DNA from: Candidatus Danuiimicrobium aquiferis
GTDB lineage: Bacteria; Omnitrophota; Omnitrophia; Omnitrophales; Danuiimicrobiaceae
NCBI GenBank assembly: GCA_001804285.1
Contig: MHFR01000042.1
Coordinates: forward strand, 14,725-78,724
Direction: 5' to 3'
Length of the DNA stretch: 64,000 bases
The notes beneath the pieces were generated by a model. That model was not told the DNA's origin. It ran no database searches and was given only the letters and a program-made list of their open reading frames with translations. Shown here piece by piece: positions 55,082 through 64,000 of this stretch; position 1 is the first letter of the stretch, and each line of letters opens with the position of its first letter. The position numbers were made by a program, and so were the translations under genes.

Positions 55082-57046
55082 TTACATCAAATCATAGATT
55101 TTATAAGTTTTGCTCTGAAATACTGCGGGAAGATCGAGATCTCTTTCATCTACCAGATAGCGCGCATTGGCGAGATGTCCGAATTTTCTCAGAACATCAG
55201 GCGTTTTGAACTTTTTCCAATAATTCATCCGGACAGCCATATACCATTGTTTTTGGTTATGGGTTGTGAATTCTTTTTTTAAATTAAGAAGACCGATGAC
55301 TTGGTCATCAAACGCTTTGAGCCGTGCGTCGGGAAAATAAAAGTAATAACGATCAGGAAAAATTCTGTAGAGGGACCGCTCGCTAAAAGAACGCCACGAT
55401 CCCACATAAGAGATAAAACGGTCAAGCGGCTTCGTATTGTTTTTCGCCCATATTTGGGCATGATAGAAATCTCGATTTCCCTCACTAGAAAAATCGTAGA
55501 AATTATTTATACTGAAATAACACAAAGAAATCATGATCAAAAAAATGACCAAATGAATTGATTTGATCTGAAGCGCCGGGAGCTTTCTCAACAAAACCCA
55601 TCGATTTAAAAAAGGGAACAAGGCCGCACAAATAGAACCGAAAGAGATCAGAAGTTTATGAGGGGTAAATAAAAATATTTTCAGGTCCACTAAAAAGTCA
55701 TACCGGAAATAATCGTATAGACTCCAACTCTTTCCGATATTTTCCGCGGTGAAAGGATCCGGTTTGGGGGATTGGTAAAAGATCCAAACGGCGGTCCAAG
55801 CAATGCCAATGACGACCATGGTTTTCTTCAAAAATAATTTCAAGCGTGTATTTAGCGGAGAATTTTCAAGAATCAAATAAAAACCCAAAAAAAGAATCGG
55901 CGCTTTATCAAGGCCCGTGGGACGGCCAACGATCATGAATAAAATAATAAAGGCTGTGGTTGCGCGAACGAACCATGAAGAATGGAGTAGATGATCTCTG
56001 AAAAATAAAACCATAACGGGAAGCATGACGACTGCCAGAAGTGTCGGAGATCGAAGGCCCATTAATTGAACAAGTTTCGGGAATTGAATCCAGTGACCCA
56101 GAAGTTGGGAAAAGCATAAACAAACGGTTGCGATGATGGAGCTAATAATTAAACGGCGATAAGAGTTTCCCATTTGGCCCCATGCAGGGTAAGTCAAAAA
56201 TACTAAAAGCGTAAAAGCAACCGCATTGGGGAAATTAACCCACCATGTATATGATTCCCACGGGGTTGCATGCATATTGAGGCGCAGTACATTTAAAATA
56301 TCGTCCATTGAAACGCGTGGATAATTGCTGTTAATCAGAAATAACGTCGGAGCTAATGCGCAGACCAACGGAATCAGCAAAAGGAAGAGTTTGTAAATTC
56401 GGGGTGTAGCACTTTTGAAACAGGTGAAAATGAAAACGGTTAAAATAGCGTACAGTGTAAAGGATGGATGGATTAACCCCGCAACTGCCAGCAAAAAATA
56501 ACCGGTAATTTTTTCTTCTGAAATAAAACACAACCCCAACCATAGAAATGGTAGAACCAAAATGCCCGCGTAAGGGACACTGATTTCGGTAAAATTCCCA
56601 AAATTCCAACAGGAATAGCCTGATAGAAGCATGAAAATCAAGCCAAACAGGAGTTCTGTCCGGCTCAGCTTTATATTTTTATGTTTTGTTAAAACGAAGA
56701 GAATCGATAAGGGTAAAGCAAATAATTGAAAAAAAGTCAGGAAGTGATGAATCCACAGAATGGAAATATGAAGATAATTGGCAAGAAACAGCGAACCGTA
56801 ATTTAAAATCGATCCCAAAACATTTTTTCCTAACTGATAGCCTAAGATATCGTTATGAAAACGCTCAAAATATCTTGAAATAATGTAATACGTATAGATG
56901 TCGTCGTCTGAGTTTGCTAAGGCGATCAGATACTTATAATTGGCAAAATATGGGAAAGCGTGAATTCCGATTAAGCAGCTCAAAATAAAATAAAACAAAA
57001 TTTGAGGGGTTTGAAAGAAAGGAATTTTTTTTTTTGGAAAATTCAT
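55082..57046 (-). CDS. Large polytopic membrane protein, putative GT-C-type glycosyltransferase/polymerase (paralog of 58246..60237)
   Basis: About 12 TM helices are followed by a C-terminal soluble domain. It is clearly paralogous to the 663-aa protein, with shared ends 'KTYKIYDL' and 'KTFKIYDL'. The start is taken at Met27 to avoid overlap with degT. Confidence 0.45.
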   Translation of the reverse strand: MNFPKKKIPFFQTPQILFYFILSCLIGIHAFPYFANYKYLIALANSDDDIYTYYIISRYFERFHNDILGYQLGKNVLGSILNYGSLFLANYLHISILWIHHFLTFFQLFALPLSILFVLTKHKNIKLSRTELLFGLIFMLLSGYSCWNFGNFTEISVPYAGILVLPFLWLGLCFISEEKITGYFLLAVAGLIHPSFTLYAILTVFIFTCFKSATPRIYKLFLLLIPLVCALAPTLFLINSNYPRVSMDDILNVLRLNMHATPWESYTWWVNFPNAVAFTLLVFLTYPAWGQMGNSYRRLIISSIIATVCLCFSQLLGHWIQFPKLVQLMGLRSPTLLAVVMLPVMVLFFRDHLLHSSWFVRATTAFIILFMIVGRPTGLDKAPILFLGFYLILENSPLNTRLKLFLKKTMVVIGIAWTAVWIFYQSPKPDPFTAENIGKSWSLYDYFRYDFLVDLKIFLFTPHKLLISFGSICAALFPFLNRWVLLRKLPALQIKSIHLVIFLIMISLCYFSINNFYDFSSEGNRDFYHAQIWAKNNTKPLDRFISYVGSWRSFSERSLYRIFPDRYYFYFPDARLKAFDDQVIGLLNLKKEFTTHNQKQWYMAVRMNYWKKFKTPDVLRKFGHLANARYLVDERDLDLPAVFQSKTYKIYDLM

Positions 57047-57065
57047 AGGATTTAACGGATCAACT

Positions 57066-58184
57066 TTATATGCCGTAAAATGTTTTAAAACTATTAACCA
57101 CGTACTCCATCTGTGGTTTTTCAAGTTCCGGGTAGATAGGGATAGCGATGGTTTCTTTAGCCGCTTTTTCGCTTTCAGGAAAATCTCCTTCGCGGTAGCC
57201 TAAGTACCGGAAGCATTCCTGTACGTGAAGCGGGAGCGGATAATAAATTTCACAGCCAATAGTTTTTTCTTTTAAGAACGTGATTAATTCATCCCGTTTC
57301 GGAACCCGGATAATAAATTGATTGAAAATATGACGATTTGTTTTAGTTTCTGGTAAAGAAAGCGGTACTTTCTTTACCATGCCTGATTCTATAAACAAGC
57401 GCTCATAATATTGGGCGTTTTCTTGGCGTTTGTTTGACCAGCCATCCAGGTATTTGATTTTTACGGTGATAACCGCTGCTTGAATACTGTCCAATCTGAA
57501 ATTCCCGCCGATAAGCGGATGATAATATTTTGGGCTCGAACCGTGGGCGCGAAGCATTTTAAGTTTCTTTGCCCTGTCTTCATCGTTTGTTACGACAATT
57601 CCTCCGTCACCGAAGCAACCCAAATTTTTCGACGGAAAAAAAGAAAAGCAACCGTAATCACCGATGGAGCCGGCGCGTTTTCCTTTATATTCTGCCCCGA
57701 TGGCTTGACAGGCGTCCTCAATTACCGTTAATTGATGTTTTTTTGCGATTGAGACAATGGGATCCATATCGGCTACCTGGCCGTATAAATGGACGGGCAT
57801 GATTGCTTTGGTTTTGGCAGTTATTTTCTTTTGGATTTGATCCGGCGCAAGGTTGTAGGTATCCGGGTCGATATCGACGAAAACCGGTGTTGCACCGACA
57901 CGGGCGATTGATCCGGCCGTTGCAAAAAAGGTATATGGAGAAGTAATCACTTCATGCCCGGTGCCTATATTTTCGCACATCAACGCGATGATCAAGGCGT
58001 CTGTCCCGGAGGAAATACCGCAAGCGAAGCGCGTCTTGCAATACTGAGCAACGGCCGTTTCGCAGGATTCAACGTCAGGGCCTAAAATAAACTTTTGAGA
58101 TTCTATGACTCGATGAACCGCTTGATCCAATTCCTGTTTGATAGAGTCATATTGTGCTTTTAAATCTAAAAGAGGTATATGCAT
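57066..58184 (-). CDS. DegT/DnrJ/EryC1/StrS-family PLP-dependent sugar aminotransferase
   Basis: 'MHIPLLDLKAQY' and 'GTDALIIAL' are present. The Lys region is 'FSFFPSKNLGCFGDGG'. Confidence 0.85.
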   Translation of the reverse strand: MHIPLLDLKAQYDSIKQELDQAVHRVIESQKFILGPDVESCETAVAQYCKTRFACGISSGTDALIIALMCENIGTGHEVITSPYTFFATAGSIARVGATPVFVDIDPDTYNLAPDQIQKKITAKTKAIMPVHLYGQVADMDPIVSIAKKHQLTVIEDACQAIGAEYKGKRAGSIGDYGCFSFFPSKNLGCFGDGGIVVTNDEDRAKKLKMLRAHGSSPKYYHPLIGGNFRLDSIQAAVITVKIKYLDGWSNKRQENAQYYERLFIESGMVKKVPLSLPETKTNRHIFNQFIIRVPKRDELITFLKEKTIGCEIYYPLPLHVQECFRYLGYREGDFPESEKAAKETIAIPIYPELEKPQMEYVVNSFKTFYGI

Positions 58185-58245
58185 AGTTAATCCTTTGTCT
58201 GAAAACTTTAATTCCGAATATTGTATGTAAAACTTGCGGTGTTGG

Positions 58246-60237
58246 TCAAGTCTGTAAAACCGAAATATTTTGAGACAAATCGTAAATTTTAAATGTCTTA
58301 TTACCGTAAACCTGCGGAAGTTTTAAATCTCTTTCTTCAACTAAATATTTACAGCCCGTAATTTCGCCAAGGCGTCTAAGCTTTTCGGGAGAGGTAACTC
58401 TTGCATAGTAATTCATTTTTGCCGCAAAATACCATTGTTTGAGATTGTATGTTTTGAATTCTTCCCGGAGGCCCAGCAAATAGATGATCAGATCGTCTAT
58501 TTGTTTAATTCTGCGGTCGGGATAATAAAAATACCGACGCTGAGGAATGACCTGGAAAGCGGCGCGTTCGCTGATGCTGCGCCAGGCCCCGGCAGTTGTG
58601 AGAAATCGATCGTAAGGATCGGTATTGTTTTTTGCCCACAATTGGGCATTGTATAAATCGCGCCTGTATTGACTGCTGAATGATTTGAAACGATGAACAG
58701 AAATAGTGCAAGTCATGAACAGACAAAGGCAGAGAATGAATGTAATTGATTTAGCGATTGAGAGTTTTTGGATTTTCAGGGATCTAATGTTCGACACAAA
58801 AGGGACGAGAGATGTGAATAATGCGCACGCAAAGACGAGAAGTCTTTTAGGCAGATGGATGCCGGGTTTATAGTCGAAAATACCACTATACTTAAAATAG
58901 TCCCACACGTTCCAAAACCTATCAAGATTTTGACTTGAAAAGGGATTGGGTCTGCGGCCCTCATGCAGAACCCGAAAAATACTCCATACTAAAACTAACG
59001 CCAGGAGAATTCTTTCCAAATAAAGCGAATTTATTCTTGTCCGTAATCTTGCTTGCTTCAGAAGGAAAAGCAACCCCAGCAACATGATAGGGGTTTTGTC
59101 AAGACCGTATGGGTGAAGGATCAAGATAGAACTTACAATCCAGGCGCTTGTGAAGCGGATGGAGAATGATTCGTGAGATAAACATTCCATAAAAAAAAGA
59201 ATAAGAATGGGCAATATCACAATAGCCATTAAGGTTGGAGAACGAAGCCCAAGGATTTGCACCAGCCTATAAAGTCCAAAATGATAACCGATTAGATGGC
59301 TTATACAAAGGAATACAGTTGCAATCAAGGTGCTGACGAGCAGCGTTCGATAGGATTTCCCAAGCTTGTTCCATCGGGGGATGGTTATGATAATGAGGAA
59401 CATGAAAGCGATGGTATTGGGAAACCCTTCATACCAATTGGTAAATGGAGAAGCCCAGGGGGTGGCATGCATATTCAGACGCATGACCATTTCCAATCCT
59501 TCCGCATTGACGCGCGGGAAATTGCCGCTTAAAGCGATCATCGGAGGAACAATCGCGCAGGCGAAGGGAATGGCAAGCAGAAAAGCTTTTTTTATTTGAA
59601 ATGATCGGTCGTAGAACATATTGAAAACAAACACAGCCAGAATCGCATATAAGCCGATTGACGCGTGAATGAGACAAGTTAAAGAGAGTAAAAAATATCC
59701 TTTTTTCTTTTCCTGCGAAAGCCAGTACAAACTGAGCCACGCAAACGGGTGAACAAAATTTCCGGGGTAGGGAACGTCAGGCATGCCGTAATTTGCAAAA
59801 TTCCAATATGCATAGCCCGAAATAAGGGTGAAATAAAAAGAAAAAAGCATTTCGGTCTTGGTAAGATTGAAGCGTCGTTTCAGAAATAATACGAGTAATA
59901 TGGGAAATGAGAATAATTGTAAACACATCAGGCACTGATAAATCCAAAGAATCGGAATCCGGAAAATGTTGGCCAGGAATAAACTCCCATAGTTAACTAT
60001 GGATCCTCCGACATTGCCTTTTATCAAATAGCCGACGACGTCATTTTGGAACCGGTCCAGATATTTTGTGATGACGTAATAAGTATAAATGCTGTCATCA
60101 TCCACAGCTTCGGCAATTAAATATTTGCAGTGCACCAAATAGGGCAGGAAATAAAGAAGTACCGAAGAAAATAAAATAAATGCGAATAAAAGTCGTGAAA
60201 AATCAAAAGAATTAAACGGACGTTCTCTATTTTCCAT
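58246..60237 (-). CDS. Large polytopic membrane protein, putative GT-C-type glycosyltransferase/polymerase (paralog)
   Basis: The evidence is the same as for its paralog at 55082..57046. Confidence 0.45.
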   Translation of the reverse strand: MENRERPFNSFDFSRLLFAFILFSSVLLYFLPYLVHCKYLIAEAVDDDSIYTYYVITKYLDRFQNDVVGYLIKGNVGGSIVNYGSLFLANIFRIPILWIYQCLMCLQLFSFPILLVLFLKRRFNLTKTEMLFSFYFTLISGYAYWNFANYGMPDVPYPGNFVHPFAWLSLYWLSQEKKKGYFLLSLTCLIHASIGLYAILAVFVFNMFYDRSFQIKKAFLLAIPFACAIVPPMIALSGNFPRVNAEGLEMVMRLNMHATPWASPFTNWYEGFPNTIAFMFLIIITIPRWNKLGKSYRTLLVSTLIATVFLCISHLIGYHFGLYRLVQILGLRSPTLMAIVILPILILFFMECLSHESFSIRFTSAWIVSSILILHPYGLDKTPIMLLGLLFLLKQARLRTRINSLYLERILLALVLVWSIFRVLHEGRRPNPFSSQNLDRFWNVWDYFKYSGIFDYKPGIHLPKRLLVFACALFTSLVPFVSNIRSLKIQKLSIAKSITFILCLCLFMTCTISVHRFKSFSSQYRRDLYNAQLWAKNNTDPYDRFLTTAGAWRSISERAAFQVIPQRRYFYYPDRRIKQIDDLIIYLLGLREEFKTYNLKQWYFAAKMNYYARVTSPEKLRRLGEITGCKYLVEERDLKLPQVYGNKTFKIYDLSQNISVLQT

Positions 60238-60242
60238 AAGAT

Positions 60243-61859
60243 TTAAATTGATGAACGTTCATAGAAATATTTTGAAGAAGCCATGTGCATCATGGAATAT
60301 TTTTTTCCGGTGAGCAGGGAAATTGCCGGATTTCCGGGGATTAGTTTGTCTGTTAGGAGCGGTTCGCCGTTCGATTGGAAAATAATTTCACGTTCAATCG
60401 AGTAATTTAATCGCGTGCATTGTCTCATAAGAAACCGGACCAATGCTTTTTTCCCCAACTCCCTCAACCATTTCAATTTCCAGAATGTAAGATTTAAAAA
60501 ACGAAGAATTAAAAATGAAAACGGGTCTGGCAACGGGCGTTTGATAGCAAAAACGGGAGACTTAATTTTAATCCGGTCCGATTTCCGTTCTACAATATTC
60601 AAATCCGACAGCATTTGCGTCGTTCCGAACATTCGCCCTTTTTTTTCAAGCAGGATTCCGCAGTCGTCCAACCGTACCCGGTTCGTTGATTTATTGAAAG
60701 ATTTTATAACACCGCCTTTTTTCCAGCTGATGACGGTGTAAAATTCTGTTGAGTTGCGGATGTCAATCCCGGCTTCCTCAAAAGTTCTTTCGAAATCCAA
60801 ATTTTCATACGGAAGTTTTTGTTCCGGAATTTTCAAGATGTCGTTTTGTTTAAGAATAAATTCCGCAAAAAGGACATTTGAGAAGAGAGGAGTCAAGTTT
60901 TGCATGTCAACGCTTAACGGTGTGACAGTCCTGTTCCCTTGATATGCCGAGATGCACCAACCTAAAAGAGGAGCGGCGCACGGAATGTATTTGGCAAGAA
61001 GCGCAATTCCGCCGGGATAAATGATTTCACAATTTCTTGAACCATACTCTCCCCCGAAGGAGCCGTCCGGATGCGCGAAATAAGAAACAAAATCGGTTGC
61101 TTTCCGAAGGCTTTCCCATAGCGTCTCATTCTTTGTCATTTCGTAAAGTTGAGCTAAATAATAAACACAAAGTGTTTGATAGCTTGGATCCGCGCCGTTA
61201 TATTCAAGATACCAGCCTTCTTCGGATTGACGGGACAAAACCCGGTTTTCGTAATAGTTTGACCGGTTTTTATATTTTTCATCATGCGTTAAAATAAACA
61301 ATTTATAAAGTCCGGTTGCTGCCCCTGCGAGATGATTGCTGATAAAGCCGTGTTCTTCGTCATGTTGAATAAGATAATTTCCCGCATGGATTAACATCTC
61401 CTGATATTCGACGAAGAGCTGATGGTCGCCGAGGCAGATTTCGGTAAAATCACATAATAAAAAAGCGGAGAGCGCGTGAGAATGTTCATTGGGAAAAGCC
61501 TGATCAAAAGAGCCGTCACGGTGTTGAATTTTTGAAGCGAAGCGAAACACGGCATTAATTTCAGATGTGTATTTTTCATGGTTGATAAGATGGAGAAGCA
61601 AGGCAACTCGCTGCAAAGCCGCATCCGGATAATCAATTAATTTCCAGCCCCAATAAAGACGGTCTGCGCAGCCGAATGAGGGAGAAAACGGATCCCGGTC
61701 GATCGAGGAAAGAATCCTCGGAAGATTTGCAGCCCGGTAATCCGGAAATGTATGGAATGTTTCTTTATGAGTCAAGGAACGTCCTATGCCAAAGTTCGAC
61801 ACAAATGAGTCCCCATACGCCCCGCATGGAAGGAAGGTTCTCATGAAGTGCCTGTTCAA
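60243..61859 (-). CDS. Hypothetical protein, possibly heparinase II/III-like toroid protein of glycan locus
   Basis: 538 aa with no signal peptide. The family call is weak. Its 5' end overlaps the asnB 3' end by about 95 nt, so the start is uncertain. Confidence 0.3.
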   Translation of the reverse strand: MNRHFMRTFLPCGAYGDSFVSNFGIGRSLTHKETFHTFPDYRAANLPRILSSIDRDPFSPSFGCADRLYWGWKLIDYPDAALQRVALLLHLINHEKYTSEINAVFRFASKIQHRDGSFDQAFPNEHSHALSAFLLCDFTEICLGDHQLFVEYQEMLIHAGNYLIQHDEEHGFISNHLAGAATGLYKLFILTHDEKYKNRSNYYENRVLSRQSEEGWYLEYNGADPSYQTLCVYYLAQLYEMTKNETLWESLRKATDFVSYFAHPDGSFGGEYGSRNCEIIYPGGIALLAKYIPCAAPLLGWCISAYQGNRTVTPLSVDMQNLTPLFSNVLFAEFILKQNDILKIPEQKLPYENLDFERTFEEAGIDIRNSTEFYTVISWKKGGVIKSFNKSTNRVRLDDCGILLEKKGRMFGTTQMLSDLNIVERKSDRIKIKSPVFAIKRPLPDPFSFLILRFLNLTFWKLKWLRELGKKALVRFLMRQCTRLNYSIEREIIFQSNGEPLLTDKLIPGNPAISLLTGKKYSMMHMASSKYFYERSSI

Positions 61860-63651
61860 GATTTTGTGTTTGATAAATTCCGCGCTGTTTGAATTTTTGT
61901 GAATGAATCATATCCATAACAAAATGGTGAACGGGATTGTGAGGATCCCGAAGCCATTCGGCGAGCGGAACCGGAAACCCCATCTTGTCTTTCCGGTCAA
62001 TAATTGGTTTCGGGAGGACTCCTCTCATCATTTGAAGAAGAAGGTATTTAAGTTTTCCATTTTTAAATTTAATGGTCGGAGGGATTTTCATTAAGAGTTC
62101 AACGATGCGCCGATCAAGGAACGGGACTCTGGATTCCATGCTGACAGCCATGGAAATGCGGTCTTCTACCTGAAGCAGAGCCGGTAAAAGTGTTTGTTGA
62201 TCGAAATAGGACATGGCATTGAAATAAGAGAAAACGTTTTTTCGTTTAAACAATTGGTCAAAGCGGTTTTGGATTTTTTGCGTATCGATTTCGTCTGTTA
62301 TAAACAGATCACTTATGTTTGAAGCTTTGTTGGTGAGACGGAAATATCTTTGATTCAGCGGACCAAAGAGGCCGTCCTGCCAGAAGTATTGAAGCAGCGG
62401 CTTATATTGTTTAAGGGAGCTTAAACTTTCGAGAATGGATGAAAACGTGACGACGTACGGGCGGTCGTCAATGGTTTCATCAATGGCTGCGCGAATACAT
62501 TCTTCAAGATACCCGATTAGATAACGCGTGTAACCACCAAAAAGTTCATCGCCGCCTTGTCCGCCCAGAACGACCTTCACATGTTGCTTGGCAAGTTTGG
62601 ACACGAAATATTGCGGGAATGAACCGGGGCCTGCAACCGGTTCGTCGAGATGATAAATGATTTTTTGAATCGATTCCGTGAAATCTTTTGGGGTGATGGA
62701 GGTTTCGTAGTATTCTGAATTTGTTTTTTCCGCGACTAATTTTGCGTATTTCGACTCATCGTAATTGACACCTTCCGGGAACTTCCCCGTAAATGTTTTG
62801 ATTCCGCGTTTTAATAGATCTGAGGCAAGAACCGTTACGGAGGACGAATCCAATCCGCCGCTCAAATAAGCGCCAAGCGGGACATCTGATCGTAATTGAA
62901 TGCGAACGGAATCGGTGAGAAGTTCAATGAGTTTGTGCGTGAAGCCTTCTTCTGTGTGGTAAGAGTCGACAGAGAAGTTAGGTTCCCAGTATCGCTGGAT
63001 TTTAATATGTCTCTGGCGGCTGACCATTGCGTAATGAGCCGGCTCGAGCTTGAAAATATCCTTAAAAAATGTTTCGTTTCCCAAGGTGAATTGGAAATGT
63101 AAATAATCATGATAGGCTGTTTGATCAAGGCTTGCTTTATAATCTGGCGCCGCCAGAATGCTTTTAATTTCAGAAGCAAAATAAAAACCATGCGGGCCGT
63201 TCCAGTAATAAAGGGGTTTGATTCCGAAGGGATCGCGCGCGAGAAAGAGTGTTTTTTCTTTATTGTCCCAAATGGCAAAAGCGAACATGCCGATTAATTG
63301 ATTCAGGCATTCCGGTCCGAAAGCGTGATATGCATTTAACACGACTTCGGTATCCGATTGGGTTCGAAACGTATAACCTTTTTGATTCAATTGTTGCCGG
63401 AGTTCAAGGTAGTTATAAACTTCCCCGTTATAAACGATGGTATAGCGGCCATCCGTTGTAGTTTGCGGTTGAGAGCCTGTTTGTAAATCAATGATGCAGA
63501 GCCGCCGGTGGACCATAGACAGGCAATCATTTTCGAAATAATTGAGTTCATCAGGTCCGCGATGAATGATACGTTCGCCCATTTTTTCAACTTGATGGAA
63601 ACGCTCATTTTGCGGGATTTTTAAACTTAAAATTCCTGCGATTCCGCACAT
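61765..63651 (-). CDS. asnB: Asparagine synthase (glutamine-hydrolysing) family amidotransferase
   Basis: 'MCGIAGILS' provides the N-terminal nucleophilic Cys2. The PP-loop 'YLSGGLDSSSV' is present. Confidence 0.85.
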   Translation of the reverse strand: MCGIAGILSLKIPQNERFHQVEKMGERIIHRGPDELNYFENDCLSMVHRRLCIIDLQTGSQPQTTTDGRYTIVYNGEVYNYLELRQQLNQKGYTFRTQSDTEVVLNAYHAFGPECLNQLIGMFAFAIWDNKEKTLFLARDPFGIKPLYYWNGPHGFYFASEIKSILAAPDYKASLDQTAYHDYLHFQFTLGNETFFKDIFKLEPAHYAMVSRQRHIKIQRYWEPNFSVDSYHTEEGFTHKLIELLTDSVRIQLRSDVPLGAYLSGGLDSSSVTVLASDLLKRGIKTFTGKFPEGVNYDESKYAKLVAEKTNSEYYETSITPKDFTESIQKIIYHLDEPVAGPGSFPQYFVSKLAKQHVKVVLGGQGGDELFGGYTRYLIGYLEECIRAAIDETIDDRPYVVTFSSILESLSSLKQYKPLLQYFWQDGLFGPLNQRYFRLTNKASNISDLFITDEIDTQKIQNRFDQLFKRKNVFSYFNAMSYFDQQTLLPALLQVEDRISMAVSMESRVPFLDRRIVELLMKIPPTIKFKNGKLKYLLLQMMRGVLPKPIIDRKDKMGFPVPLAEWLRDPHNPVHHFVMDMIHSQKFKQRGIYQTQNLEQALHENLPSMRGVWGLICVELWHRTFLDS

Positions 63652-63669
63652 AAATTAATTTGGATGGTA

Positions 63670-63966
63670 TTAATTTGAAATAATTTGAAATCGTTTTAAT
63701 CGTTTTTTGACCAAGCGGTCGAATAAAATTCTATCACCGCGGTATGATTTTGATACGCCTTTGTATTGATATTTCCAGCCGCCAAACGGCCAATGATAAA
63801 GAAAAGCCATGGTAAAATAACCGAGCGTTGTAACGCTTGAAATCATTTTGCTGGGGCTCCGTTTGCGGTCGTAGTGCAAATAGTGCCCGATTTCCGAAAA
63901 TTTTGCGCCAAGAAGATTCAGCTTTACCAATTTTTCAAGCGTTCCGGTAAATCCGAGTCCTTTCAA
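63670..63966 (-). CDS. Hypothetical protein (possibly 5'-truncated by window edge)
   Basis: The ORF reaches the window end, so it may extend beyond position 64000. Confidence 0.25.
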   Translation of the reverse strand: MKGLGFTGTLEKLVKLNLLGAKFSEIGHYLHYDRKRSPSKMISSVTTLGYFTMAFLYHWPFGGWKYQYKGVSKSYRGDRILFDRLVKKRLKRFQIISN

Positions 63967-64000
63967 CTGGATGAAGCTGTTGCCGTAAAGTTTAACCGCA

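Overview
This 64-kb window comes from a roughly 45% GC, Shine-Dalgarno-using, Gram-negative-type bacterium. Outer-membrane beta-barrel, lipoprotein and PilT genes support the Gram-negative reading. The taxonomy looks uncultured or candidate-phylum. The biotin locus resembles the one in Desulfovibrio.

Gene content, in order along the window:
- A 9-kb, 3008-aa ORF (86..9112) with a WD40 beta-propeller.
- A small glycan-utilisation set: an (alpha/alpha)6 glycoside-hydrolase lipoprotein, a CBM-like secreted protein and a ROK regulator.
- A biotin locus, bioB-fabG-like-fabF-like-bioF ... bioA-bioD, interrupted by unrelated genes. The interrupting genes include a divergent SecY paralog fused to a DUF2007-like domain, a flavoprotein, and a GH1 beta-glucosidase.
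- An mnmA gene fused to a LarE-like PP-loop domain, an orphan rnfCD pair, and pilT.
- A conserved housekeeping block: polA-coaE-rho-rpmE-prfA-prmC-murA-rpsP-trmD-rplS-rnhB-yraN.
- An envelope/signalling cluster: tyrosine phosphatase, outer-membrane barrel, secreted kinase-like protein, a TLC-type transporter fused to HEAT repeats, and a REC-degenerate-GGDEF regulator.
- A surface-glycan locus on the minus strand: B12-radical-SAM, two paralogous GT-C-like membrane proteins, DegT, a putative heparinase-like protein and AsnB.

The window is saturated with at least four families of short palindromic/MITE-like repeats.

The most unusual signal is inside the 9-kb ORF. It carries clusters of a degenerate ~12-nt direct repeat with core CCGAAGCGCG, always read as R-[A/S]-E-[A/V]-R. 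The repeats bound ~75-130-nt palindromic modules that recur as near-identical nucleotide copies. They also bound two ~0.55-kb cassettes, each carrying an antisense type II toxin-antitoxin operon. Two copies of the genome-wide 'gtcattcccgcgaaagcgggaatcc' MITE sit in the same ORF. All of this is inserted without breaking the reading frame. A third in-frame palindromic insertion sits in the GH1 gene. Together this points to an undescribed in-frame insertion/cassette system, RPE-like or integron-like, that uses a giant gene as its landing site.
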